A stretch of 64,000 nt of DNA from Dimorphilus gyrociliatus (lineage: Eukaryota; Animalia; Annelida): assembly GCA_904063045.1 (NCBI GenBank), contig CAJFCJ010000010.1, positions 1,426,001 through 1,490,000 on the forward strand. The letters are read 5' to 3'. This document shows positions 11,914-24,022 of this stretch, in pieces (position 1 is the stretch's first letter; each line of letters begins with the position of its first letter). The notes beneath the pieces were generated by a model. That model ran no database searches and was not told the origin of the DNA. It saw only the letters and a list, made by a program, of their open reading frames with translations. Both the position numbers and the translations under genes were made by a program.

Positions 11914-14157
11914 TTAATCATCTTTCCAACATCCGTTCAAATCTGGAACGACATCAATATTTTCTCTAGGCCTAAGTCGTTCAATCAAGAACAAAAAGAA
12001 AAAATGTAGAAGAATAACGGCCATAAAAAATGGTGATGCAACTTTTCCTAAATGAGAATATCTTCTGATTCTATTTGATAATATTTCATTTTCTTCATTT
12101 ATAATTCTATTATATATTTTAACTGTTCGTTCCGCAACATTCTCCCAAGTATATAATAGTGAAACTTGTCTATGCTGTTCCCAAGGATCCAAGATATTTC
12201 CGCTTATACGATTTTCTATAGCAGCCTCCAACGCCTCAATTAAACCTAGTTTTTAGAAAATAAAGATTATGATATGAAACTAATTAGACATGATATAGAC
12301 ACGCCCTCTATTAGGAATATTATGCATATATATAAAAGAATGATATTTTGCTATATAACTCGTTTAGAAGTACTTTTATAAGAATAAATTTTGAACAGAA
12401 TACTTAAGAAGGTAAATATATTACAAAACTTGAACAGTAACAGATAATACTTAAAGTAAGATTGAAGATGAAAAATCATACTTTTAGGATTAGGTTCGGC
12501 AAGATAAACCAAATGTTCTGGTAGAACTTCCGGTATACCACCAACTTTAGTTGTAACAACTTGTAAACTAGAAAAAATAAAGGGAAAATATGATAAAATA
12601 CTTAAATTTCTAACAAAAATCAATAGCAAAGAAATAGGAATTTTAGATTAGAAATAAAAAACAAACTCTAAGGAACCTCTCTAGACGCCCTCAGGTAAGA
12701 TATACTGCATACGCTAAACTACATAGAGAATATGCACTGTTTGTACTGTTTTATAACGACTTTTTATGACTGCTTGTGAGCAACAGATTGCTATTTGTCT
12801 TTCTATTTAGACTCGAATTTATAAGATATTCACAAAGATATATTAAAATTCGTATTAATATTATAATTATTATTGTTAAATTGAAAAAAGCAACTTACCC
12901 ACAACAAGCCCCTTCTACAATAGCAATGCAGAAAGCCTCTGTTAATGAGGTATTTAGGAAGATATGACCGCGATTGAGGACGCCATGTACTTGATCATGG
13001 TGAAGATTACCCAACATTTGAACTCTATCTTGTAATTTTTCTTGTTCTCTAACTTCTTCGAGAATTAATCTCTTTGCGCCGTCTCCACCTATAAAGAGAA
13101 GGATGTAACAGAATAACACTTGTAGATTTTACATTGGATTCATTTACGTTAATTTTACCTATAATAAAATCAACCTGAGGATATTTTTTACAAATGACTG
13201 GTAGGATGGCAGCCAATAGATCAGTGCCTTTTCTGTATACTAGTCTAGAAACCACAACAATTGTGACTGAAAAATATGGTACTCATTGTTAATAATAATA
13301 ATAATAATGACAATAATAAAGCAGCAACCCACTTTTATCGGAATTCCTATTTGAAGTATCTGGAACGAAGGAAGTAGCATCAACTGCATTAGGTATAACT
13401 GACACTTTATGTGGACTAATAGCTGCCCTTAATACTGTATTTTCTTTACTGAAAAAATAGAATACGGAAATAAAACTTACAGTACTTTATTTTAGAGTAT
13501 AGCTATTCTAATTATTTTGGTACCTGGTATGTGAGACGCAAATTACATGATTACATTCGGCTAAAGATACTTTGAGAACTTTATTCGTTAGAATTGAGCT
13601 GATATCGGCAAATCCAAAAAGAGAATGATCAGTAAAGACAGTTTTCAACTTCATTGCTTTAGCATGTAGCATAGCTTCGTGAGCAAGTGTTGAAAATGCC
13701 TATTGAACGTTTTCTTTGTAAGAATAGATAAAACTATGAAAAATCTTACCGAATGGCCATGCACAATGTCAATATTTTCTCTTATTAATATATTTCTGAT
13801 AAGGGGTAAGGTAAATACTACGGTTGGTAAGATACATTGATTATAAATAGGATGTATAGGTAAATAATATGTCTGAAAAAAGTTTTAAAGTTAGTTAAGC
13901 ATCCTGTCTAGATCTAAAAATACCTTAAGCCCGTTTGACAGGTACCTGACACCTGTCCTATCGCCATAAGCATGGGTGATGATTATGACTTTATGCCCTA
14001 GTGCCATGAGACATTGAGACAATGAATAAATATGACTCTCCACACCACCCATATTTGGATAAAAGAAATCAGACACCATACTAAGGGTTAAAGGAAATTA
14101 ATATAATCATAAACAACACAAAAAATGTATAGAAACTGACCATATCCGATGCTTCAT
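11914..14157 (-). CDS. PIGA: Phosphatidylinositol N-acetylglucosaminyltransferase subunit A (GPI anchor synthesis)
   Basis: MKHRIC|[24 protein letters not shown]; [14 protein letters not shown]; [24 protein letters not shown]; [14 protein letters not shown]; C-terminal transmembrane segment. Confidence 0.95.
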
Positions 14158-14402
14158 CTTCCTTGTGAAAGTTGTAAGATTAGTTATTTGAAGAGTTTTT
14201 TTTCTTCGAATTAAACAATCCAAGCGAAATCACTATGACTTGTTGGGTTAGGTGTTCCGCTAAATAGGAACCCGATGCAGAAGTTACCAGCAACACTTGT
14301 CCTGAACTTCACCAGTTATTGTTAGATGCGTGTATTAAAATCAAAAATTTACCGATGTCGTTGCAGTGTTTAAGCGAATAATGTGGTAAGATTAACACGA
14401 AT

Positions 14403-15506
14403 ATGGCCTCTGCACCGATAATGGACGCAGAAATTGATGAAGAAATTGAGAATGGTCCCATCTTTGATGAAGAGTTTTTAGAAAAAGTAATTATTTCACC
14501 ATTTCACAATTAATTTTATATATTTTCTGCATAGAGATTAATTACAGAAATTAAATATAGCCAATAAAAACAAGTATTATAATTCACCATGTTCATAATC
14601 TATAACGATATAACTGTTATAATTTATATATGTGAACATAATATTTATATAAATAACTATGTCATAAGGATCAACCATATAATACAATCAAATTGAAAGG
14701 ACTTATCAAAAATAGGCCAAACTATAAATCAAATTTGAATCTCCTTCTAATATATGTTTTTTCATGGGAAATTTAATAGGTAAAAGCTTGCAAGATAAAT
14801 AATCCGGATCAGTTTGTCAGCTTCTGGGAAATGGATGAAAATGATATAAATGAGGCCAGTGCAGAAGAAATTGAAAGTAAAATATAATCAGATTTTTTAG
14901 GTGAATAAAAGCTAAAATTAACATATGCTATTCTATTACTTTTTCCAGGTAATTCAGGCCTTATGCTTTTAAAGGCAGCTGAGAGTGGAAATAAGGAATT
15001 GGTTGAACGTTTATTGTCAAGCGACGATTCTGTTTTAAATTATCAAGATGCTGATGGTTATACAGCTCTACATAGAGCTTCCTATGAGGGGCATAGCGAC
15101 GTTCTTGAAGTATATATGACTATTAATATAACTAATTAGTGATCAATCAATAAATAATACTTTTTCTTCTTAGTTATTATTGAGCAAAGGAGCAAATATT
15201 GAATCACAGACAGCAGATCACTGGACGCCTTTGCATAGTGCCTGCAGATGGAATGAAGTCAAGAGTGTTACAGTCCTACTTCAGCACGGTGCCAATATTA
15301 ACTCTTTAACTTCTTCCAGTCAGACTCCTTTACACATAGCTGCAAATTTTTCAGAAAATTCCAAGGTTTTAGAATTACTCTTATCCCAACCGCATATTGA
15401 CATAAGCATTAAAAATAGCCTAGGAGAGACTGCAAAGGATATTTGTACCAGATGTAATCCATACGAATATTTATTTGACATGGCAATAAGGCATTCTGAA
15501 ATTTAA
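14403..15506 (+). CDS. ANKRD49: Ankyrin repeat domain-containing protein 49-like
   Basis: Acidic N-terminus, then MLLKAAESGNKELVERLL...DADGYTALHRASYEGH, ...WTPLHSACRWN..., ...TPLHIAAN...LELLL...KNSLGETAKDI...YEYLFDM. Colinear with ANKRD49 as I recall it. Four exons. Confidence 0.8.
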
Positions 15507-16112
15507 CTTAGATTTATTATTTTTCTTACAATTTTTTTAATACTTGAAATCTTTATTCACCGTAGAAAAGAAAAGAATAACAAATATATATATAGAAATG
15601 AAAATTGCATAACCAGTTTCTTCTTCTTTATTTTAAATTTTTTTTCTTGACAAAAATTTCATAACAATATATTTCAATTATTTATCATATTAAGATATTA
15701 GCATTTATGGCTTACATCAAACAAAGAGTAAGAATCAGTATTTAAAGCTTGAATATAATCGTTTCTTTCGAATACACGAATTTTAACTACTGCACATATG
15801 TGTACAGTATTATTATTTTATATATACAGTATATGTTAGCATTGACCTCATTGTTTATAATTTATGCAACTATATTTTTTAATATTTTTAATATTAATTA
15901 AATTGTATCAGTAACACTAAATTCATTGATTCAAATTCCTTGTTAGATTTATTTTCCCTTTCCTTATTCACTCGCTTTTTCCCCCTTTGTTAACATTTGA
16001 GAATAAGAAGAGATACTTTTTTTGACATTAATCATTTCATAATTTGTATTCGATGAAATCGAAAAATACCACTATATATACAAAAAAAACTGTTCAAAGA
16101 AGGGAAACAAGT

Positions 16113-16839
16113 TCACTTTGTAGCCTGGGCGAATGAATTTGGTGCACCGGGAGGAGCGTTCGATTTGCTCTTGTACACAGCTTTTCCATGAGTAAATGGA
16201 ATATACTTATACTTAAGCATATGCTTAATTTGTCGTTTCATAGTTAGGAAAAATAGTAAGAAAAAGTACATAACCAAAATTGGCCAAAACACTGGTATGT
16301 TCAGAGCATCAAAACAAGTACAAATCATAGCGATTACTACTGCTTTTGTTGCCGAGTACCAAAATTTAAATTCAGGCAGTCTTCGCATGAAAGGTCGAAA
16401 CTCTTCGCCAGATTTTGTTGGAAGCGAAGGCCCATCATCTGTTACAGTTAATAAGTACAGTTTAGATAGGTTATCTTAATGTAAGAGAAATAGTAATCAC
16501 TTAGACTTACCTTCAATATCCTGAGTTGCAGGATCGACTTTGGGTGATAAGAAAGCGATAAAGAGGTTCAATAAGTAAATTCCTAAACCATAAGTTATTA
16601 TGTACCATCCCTGAAAGGTCATCACAGATTATTCGCCATAATAAAATAAGATCTAACAAATTTACCTCTAAAAAGACAACTCGAATAATGTACGTGATTG
16701 ATAACGCGATCCAGAATGCCCACCGTCCAGTGGCGTAAGGCGTAATTTTATCTAAATAGTACTGATGTAGTTCTTTCAATCTCCTAAAAGGCCTGAGTAA
16801 TGGACTCGGCTGTGAAGTCTCTGCTGCAGCAGTGTCCAT
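16113..16839 (-). CDS. RER1: Protein RER1 (Golgi-to-ER retrieval receptor)
   Basis: YLDKITPY...RW; [27 protein letters not shown]; [22 protein letters not shown]; [32 protein letters not shown]. Three exons. Confidence 0.95.
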
Positions 16840-17079
16840 ATTCTTTAATTTCTAACTAGATTACTTTTATGTCTAGAAGTAGTGAATTATCCAATTATTG
16901 ATGACTGGAAAAAACCTTCAAGTGGCTCCTCCAGTGAGCTTTAATTCAAAAGAGAGATTTATTAAAATTACTCTGCTGAGTGTTGACAGCCACGTCCTTG
17001 TATACTTCCGTTTCCGCTTCTATCGAAAATAGTCTTAATTCACAGTGTCCGTGCCTTTAACTCTTTTACTCTAATATCA

Positions 17080-18116
17080 ATGACGAAAAACAGGAAAAAT
17101 CGGAGTAAAAAGTCTATAACAAAAATTCCAATAACTCGAAAGTAAATTAAATATATTACTTTACCTGATGTCAATTTTTTTTAAATGATAATTTCATTTT
17201 TAAAAGGGAATTTAAAAAGAATAGAAACACGATATCAAAATTTCACGATATTGTTAAGAAACACGATAATCTAAATTCAAATTTTACTTTAAAGAAAAGT
17301 ATAGAATTTGACAAATACCAAGCAGAATCTTCCAGGGGTGAAAATCTACACGGAAATTTCAATTGTTCGCGATGGGTAGTTGGAATACTTGATGAACTTT
17401 CTCTTCTAAATACGGTGAATGTTCTAAAAATGAAATTGCCTAATGTCATAATGTTAATATCAAATTTACATAATTACAGGAAAAAAAGCTTAATTTGTTA
17501 GATGTTGGAGCTTTAAATATTAATTATAAAAAACAAAAAGATACAATCAATTTAACAGCCATCGACTTAAATCCACAACATTCGTTCGTTCAAAAAGCAG
17601 ACTTCCTTACCTTTAAAGTAAAACTATAGATTTATTTTTAACAAATAATGCGTTAAACGAACAAAATCTCTTTGAAAATATTTCTAGAAAGATGAAAAAT
17701 GCATTTATGATTGTATAGTGTTGAGTTTAGTGCTCAATTTTACTGGAAACGCTAGGAAGAGGGGGCAAATGTTATTAAGGGCAAACCGATTATGTGTAAA
17801 AGATGGTCTGGTGTTCGTAAGTACTTAAAATATTCTATTATATATATATATATATATTAAATATTTATTACGTTTATAAATACAGATTATATTGCCAAAA
17901 CCTTGTTTGTATAACAGTCGTTATACAACTGAAGAGTCTTTTACGGATGTCCTTAAAAGTATTGGTTTCAACATTGAAAAGACTCATTCCAGTGACAAAC
18001 TATGGTATTGTTATGCAAAAAAAGTATGCGAATATGGTAAAAAAATTCAATCATTCAAAAAGATTGAATTAGTTAAAGGCAAGAATAGAAATAATTTTTC
18101 CATACTTCTTAAATGA
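17080..18116 (+). CDS. Bmt2-type SAM-dependent methyltransferase (25S rRNA m1A methyltransferase / BMT2-SAMTOR family)
   Basis: Spliced exons give KYQAESSRGENLHGNFNCSRWVV, LLDVGAL (SAM motif I), AIDLNPQ...KADFL, YDCIVLSLVLNF...RGQML, LPKPCLYNSRY and a terminal KGKNRNNFSILLK*, all typical of Bmt2-like proteins. Confidence 0.75.
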
Positions 18117-18192
18117 TTTGTTTGTTATAAAAAGTGTTTAAATAGATTATAATTAAATTAATGAAAATCTTTACTTCGTTTTTAGTTAACAA

Positions 18193-19508
18193 CTAAATTG
18201 AATTAAATATTATTTCAAGCTCTTTTGATATCCATAAAGTTGATGGTCGAGCTCTAGGATCTCGTTTTCTACATAAATCTATTAATTCTTCTATCTTTCC
18301 AATTTGAATTCTCATACTTTTATATATTTTATTTATTATATTACCGAAACTATAAACATCGGAACACGGTCCGCATTGACCATAGTATACAGTTTCTGGT
18401 GCAACTTGACGATACTCTGATAGATATTCCTCTTCAGTCAAATTACCTAAATCAAATTTTGCTCTTTGATGTCCGTACGTGGCGTGACCCAAGTCTACGA
18501 TATAAGTACACCATCCATTCACTTCCTTTCTAAGTAAGATGTTATCCGCTTTTAAATCATTTACGTAAACGCTTCTATGATGAATTGCAGCTAAAGCGCT
18601 TATAATATGTAAAAGAATCGCTACTAGATCTCTGTCAGTAAACGGTAGTCTTGATCCTTTTTGGAAAGCCCTCTTACCCAATCTTAATAGTTGATAGAGA
18701 GTTAAACTTTTCAAATTGTTCTCATTTCCAATAAATTCTGATACGAGAGCTAAACTATGGAACTTCTCATTAGATTCTATTTTTGCCAAGCCAAAGAATT
18801 CTGGACAAGGTGTTCCATGAATTCTAGATAGCTGACTATTGAAGGATGCTTCTTTTATTATATCGTTTATCGAAGCTACATTTTTCCTAATAAACTTAAC
18901 AGCAACCTTGAAAAGCGCGTTGTTAAGAAAAGTTGACATCAAATTAGTTAAAATTAATATAATTATGTTTTCTTTTCTCAATTACGCACTAAACGCCTTA
19001 TATTATTATTGAGTGCAGCCAAAAAAACTGTTCCGAAGCAGCCACTTCCTAATTGAACAGGTTTTCCATCATTACAAACTGGCTCGATCATATGACTATT
19101 AATGAAATTAGGTACAGAAGGCGTAAAAAATTCTAATGAATACTTTTCCGAGTTCATTAACTTCCTTAATTCTTGAGTAAGCTTACTAGGCGAATTAAAA
19201 GTTAATAAGCGATTGATAGCACTTGTTTCTGATTTTAGTGAATTTTCTTCTTCAGTCGATCCATTTGGGTCTTTGAATTCGATATCAGATCCCTTCTTGA
19301 AGTCATATTGCAAAAGTTGATAACTTTTGGGAACCAGTTCTCCTGCTCCGGAAATCTTCGTAGGAGCCTGAGGATATAATCGAAGGAGGTGGTCCATAAA
19401 GGTAGATGGTTGTGATTTGTTTTTATCATGCATACATCTATTCGCTTTATGAAGAACGGAATGAGGTGCTCCTGTCAGGTATTGAAACTGAACACCTCTA
19501 TTATCCAT
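18193..19508 (-). CDS. Divergent non-RD Ser/Thr-type protein kinase (~410 aa, two coding exons)
   Basis: The two track ORFs join through an 83-bp phase-0 intron (GTGCGT at 18989 to CAAG at 18907). This gives LGSGCFGTVFLAALNNNIRRL|VAVKF...IIKEASF...YVNDLKADNILL...IVDLG...QVAPE...DVYSFG, i.e. the core kinase subdomains in order. Confidence 0.85.
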
Positions 19509-20262
19509 CACTCTATAATGATATACATATTAAATTTAATTATTTGATAACTTTATGAATTACTAACCTAATGAAAATGATTTTTTTTAAATATTTAATC
19601 TACATCATATTATGTCATTTTTTATCAATTGATATAGTTTAGACTTATCGCTGTCCTCATTATTTGTCACCAATGACGCAAGTACTAAGCTTCTACATGT
19701 AAGCCTAACCCTGACATAGTACATTTGAAAATTAAACTTCTTTGCAATTAAAAGTTTAGCCAGAATTGAAAAAAGAAACTAAAAATATATATTCGAATGA
19801 AATATTTTACTTTCAAAGGTCATATGGCCGGCTAAATTTAGTTTTTACTGTTTAAAATGATTGCAATATCGGCAAGAAATCTATTTGAGCCAATTATATT
19901 AATACTTAATGTTGTATTTTAAAATAATATATAATTTTTTCTTATTAGATAAATAATTTGAGATTTATTGATCTGGTTACACGCACTTTCGGGTAAAGTT
20001 GCGCAAGATTTTTAGATATTCAGAATATCGCTCATAGGGAACAATTACGAATGATTTAACATTATTTTAAATCAGTAAAGGTACATATTTTAAATGTTAT
20101 AGCGGAATCGTGTTCATTTAATATGTAAAATGATTATTAAGAGCATATGGCAAGTACCAATAAGCAAGTTCCACAATTTGTTACACAACCATAGCAGCTC
20201 AGCAGCGAATGTTTACTGAGGGGTGGCTGGACGGATATTCGTTTCAGTGCTGTCATCTTAAG

Positions 20263-23003
20263 ATGGCTGAGTCGTCTGGCAGTATTTTTGAGAAAATCAA
20301 GTCTTGGGTTGCTTGGTCTTGGGCTTATTTATGGACTGTATGGTTTGCTCTGCTTGTTTTTATTGTTTACATCCTTCGTGGGCCGTTAAAATTGAATGAA
20401 AATCTTGGTTATGGTATGTTTTGTTTTTCATATATGCTGGTAGCAGACGGATAGTACCAGATCGAACGTTTTACTCTTAATTTGTGGCTTCTAATTAATG
20501 AATTAATACTTTTTAATTTACAGCTACGATGTTTTTAAATACATTAACGCCTAAATTCTATGTTGCACTTACTGGGACATCTTCCCTCATTTCTGGTCTC
20601 ATATTGGTAAGTAAAATTATTTAAAGAACTAATTGATCAGTTATTAGGTAGTATTTTTTAAATAATTTTCACCGTCGTACACACTATTAAAGCAAGCTAT
20701 TAGAGAAAAGTGATGCTATTTGTTTATTTTTATGCATCTTTTACCTGATTAAAAGATGACTATTTAAATTATGATCTTAATTCTTTGGGAAATTATAGAA
20801 TACTTTGAAAAGTTAAAAGTTTAGCCTAGATAGTAGGGAAAGTTTTCTTGTAAACAATATAAACTATATTTTTAGTGGGAAAATATTTAAGCTTAGTGAA
20901 ATTTAGCCTAACCTTGTATAAATATATACATTTTAATGGAAGATTTTTCATAAAAGCGAGATATGATATAGATTCTCATTTTTCTGAGGCAAAGATAAAC
21001 AAGTTCATATAATTTAATTAAATATTATCTTCCTTGCAGATATTTGAATGGTGGTATTTCAAAAAATATGGCACATCTTTCATAGAACATATTTCCCTTA
21101 ATCATATTTCTCCATTACTCGGTGGATCCGATATTCCAGAAGATACCATTACATCTAACGGTTCAGTGATTACACCAAACGGTAATTGCGCGCAGCCTCA
21201 GCAATCTGTTCCAGAATGTAAAGTGTGGAGAAATCCTTTAAATTTATTTCGTGGTTCCGAATATAGGAGATTTACAATGACGAAAAATAAAGAGCCATTA
21301 ACTTATTACGATATGAATCTCTCTGCTCAGGATCACCAGACGTTCTTCACCTGTGAATATGATGCTGGCAAACCAGAATATGAGGTTAACATTATATAGC
21401 AGACTTCATACATATAATACCGCAGCAATATACTATCAGATTCTAAAGTATACAACATATATTTTATGCAAGTTTTATAGCAAAAACTATCATTGTAGGA
21501 TTAAATTACCTTTTCCTGAAAATTCTGTACCTGGGTTCGAATCTTGCAATCTTTTAACTTTCTAATGATAAAACCTCTAAAGTTAGTTTTTAGATCAATA
21601 GATAATTTTTTTTCTTGTTCTAATAACAAAAATATTGCTGGCCTACTTATACTTTTTATGCTTTTTTTCTACCTTTAAGACAAAAAAAACATCAATTTTT
21701 GTTTGCTTTTCTTAAAAACTCATAGAAAAATTTTTGTAATCCTCCTCAAGTACCTGCTAAAAGTTATAAATAATAAAATTGCAATTAATTTTACACTTTG
21801 TTTACCCTTTCGTTCAGGTAATGCAGCGAGCTTGGAGAGAGAGAAATCCTGAGGCTAGGATAAAAGCTGCTAATGAAGCTTTAGAGAAAAGTCCGGATTG
21901 TGCTCCAGCTATGATATTATTAGCAGAGGAAGATTGTTCAACTACACTAGAGTGCGAAAAAATGCTTAAGCAGGCGTTTAAATCAGCAGAAACTAGCTAT
22001 AAGAAAAGTCACCAACAGCAGAATCAAGGTCTACAATTTGAGAATTTACATAGGCGAGATACTAATGTGTTAATTTATGTTAAGAGACGATTAGCTATGT
22101 GTGCCCGCCGTTTGGGCAAAACAAAAGAAGCTGTTAAAATGATAAGAGAACTTATGAAAGAATTCCCTTTATTTAATTTATTCAATCTCCATGAGAATCT
22201 AATAGAAGCTTTGCTTGAATTGCAAGCTTATGCCGACGTACAAGCTGTGTTGGCTAAATACGATGACATTAATTTACCTAAGTCGGCAGCAATTTGCTAT
22301 ACAGCGGCACTACTCAAAGCCCGCCAAGTGGCGGATAAATTCTCGCCAGATTCCGCTTCTAAGCGAGGTCTAACTGCCCAGGAGATGAGTGCAGTTGAAG
22401 CAATTCACAGGGCAGTTGAATTTAATCCACATGTGCCGAAGTATTTGCTTGAAATGAAGGGCTTAATATTACCCCCAGAACACATATTAAAACGGGGAGA
22501 TTCCGAGGCTATAGCTTATGCCTTCTTTCATTTGCATCATTGGAAGCGAATTGATGGCGCTTTAAATTTGTTGCATTGTACTTGGGAAGGTACTTTTCGG
22601 ATGATTCCTTATCCTCTAGAAAAGGGACACCTTTTCTATCCATACCCAACTTGTACGGAGAATGCGGACAAGGAATTATTGCCCAGTAAGCACACATTCT
22701 ATATACCTTCCCCTCTTCCTTTCTCGAAATATTCTTTGTTATTAATCGACTTATAAAAACCTTTCAGACTTCCACGATCTATCGGTATATCCGAAAAAAG
22801 AACTTCCCTTCTTTATACTCTTCACTGCTGGATTGTGTTCCTTCACAGCCCTCCTAGCTCTATTAACGCACCAGTACCCTGAACCAATGGGTTACATGGC
22901 GAAAACAATAGTTGGTTGGTTATACATGATAGTTATGTATATAGTGGAGAAAATGGAGGCAATGTTACCTTCAAATATTATCAGGCAATTGTCGCGTATA
23001 TAA
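20263..23003 (+). CDS. ST7: Suppression of tumorigenicity 7 homolog
   Basis: [28 protein letters not shown]...; [20 protein letters not shown]|[16 protein letters not shown]; [17 protein letters not shown]; [18 protein letters not shown]; last exon [27 protein letters not shown]...LSRI*. Confidence 0.95.
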
Positions 23004-23431
23004 TTACAGACAGAAACAATAAGAAGAAGGAAAAGTTAATACAAAAGATGTTGATAGATTTCCAGGGCGTAAGAACGCCCAAATCGATCTGAATAGATTT
23101 AGAATATCGTTAATTGTGTATGTAGCTTTTTTTTCTTCGTTTTTTGGGAAGTTATACCTTTATTAGGAGAGAATTTTCCAAAGTCAAAATACAAAACGTT
23201 ACTAAAAACCTATATTTTTTTCCATTTTACTTATTTACTACTAATCTATTTTATATTTTCAAATTCATTGAATTTTTCAATATTTATATATTTTTATATA
23301 TATACACTTTATATATATATACAATTATTTATATTTATATCTTTTCATATTCAAGAAGTATTGGAAATCATTTTTTTTTAAGAGTTATCAAGTTTACTAT
23401 TACATGATAAATATTGTTGAAGAATAATAAG

Positions 23432-24022
23432 TTAGTTTTTTATCTTTTTTACTGCAACTATAGCTTCTTGATTCATTGCATTTAGAACTGTAATTTTCAG
23501 CTGATCTTCATTTTCGAACATATTAGACATTTTCTTTCCAATATCATTCTTAGGTAGCTGCATTTCAGGGAAAGATCCATCCTTTTCAATAACAACTATT
23601 TCATCACTAACTGAAATAACCTGCCAAGTATACAATAATTATTAATTATTACCTATTTTAATTTTAATGATATTTTACCTCATATTCATTTTTGGACATT
23701 TCTGGCGCCTTCATCATATGCTTTGCTGGACAGCAATCCTCATACTTCTTACCAGTAAACACGTCCAAACCAACGAAAACGAGCTTAGCAGGTCCGTGTT
23801 TTCCCGGCTGAGATCTAACAATCTGGACAATTTTACATGGTTTATCATGTAGCAGAGCATATTGCCCAATTCTTAAAGTATTTGCCTGAATTGGATAATA
23901 TAAACTGGAATCCAAAGACTTTGCCATAGTTTTGTGATAGAATGAAAATAATCACAAAGATTCGCCTACCTTTTCACCAGTTTGTGCAATAGCTTGCGAC
24001 TTATGATGCAACGCGGCCCCAT
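23432..24022 (-). CDS. Divergent eIF5A paralog (hypusine loop SQPGKHGPAK)
   Basis: YPIQANTLRIGQYALLHDKPCKIVQIVRSQPGKHGPAKLVFVGLDVFTGKKYEDCCP aligns throughout with eIF5A. A phase-0 intron (23678-23621) sits at the same codon as the intron of the canonical copy. The start is either ATG 23927 or ATG 24022 via a 65-bp intron (23969-23905). Confidence 0.85.

Noticed and set aside
18978-18981. Two kinase-region ORFs overlapping by 4 nt, like a translationally coupled prokaryotic pair
   Set aside because: An 83-bp GT-AG intron joins the Gly loop to VAVK in frame, so it is one eukaryotic gene.
20209-20262. Upstream in-frame ATG extending ST7 by 18 aa
   Set aside because: Similarity to ST7 begins at MAESSG (20263). 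The extension is unsupported without transcript data.
21528-21548. GGGTTCGAATC B-box-like motif in an ST7 intron (tRNA/SINE?)
   Set aside because: No A box, cloverleaf or tail nearby. At most a tiny remnant.
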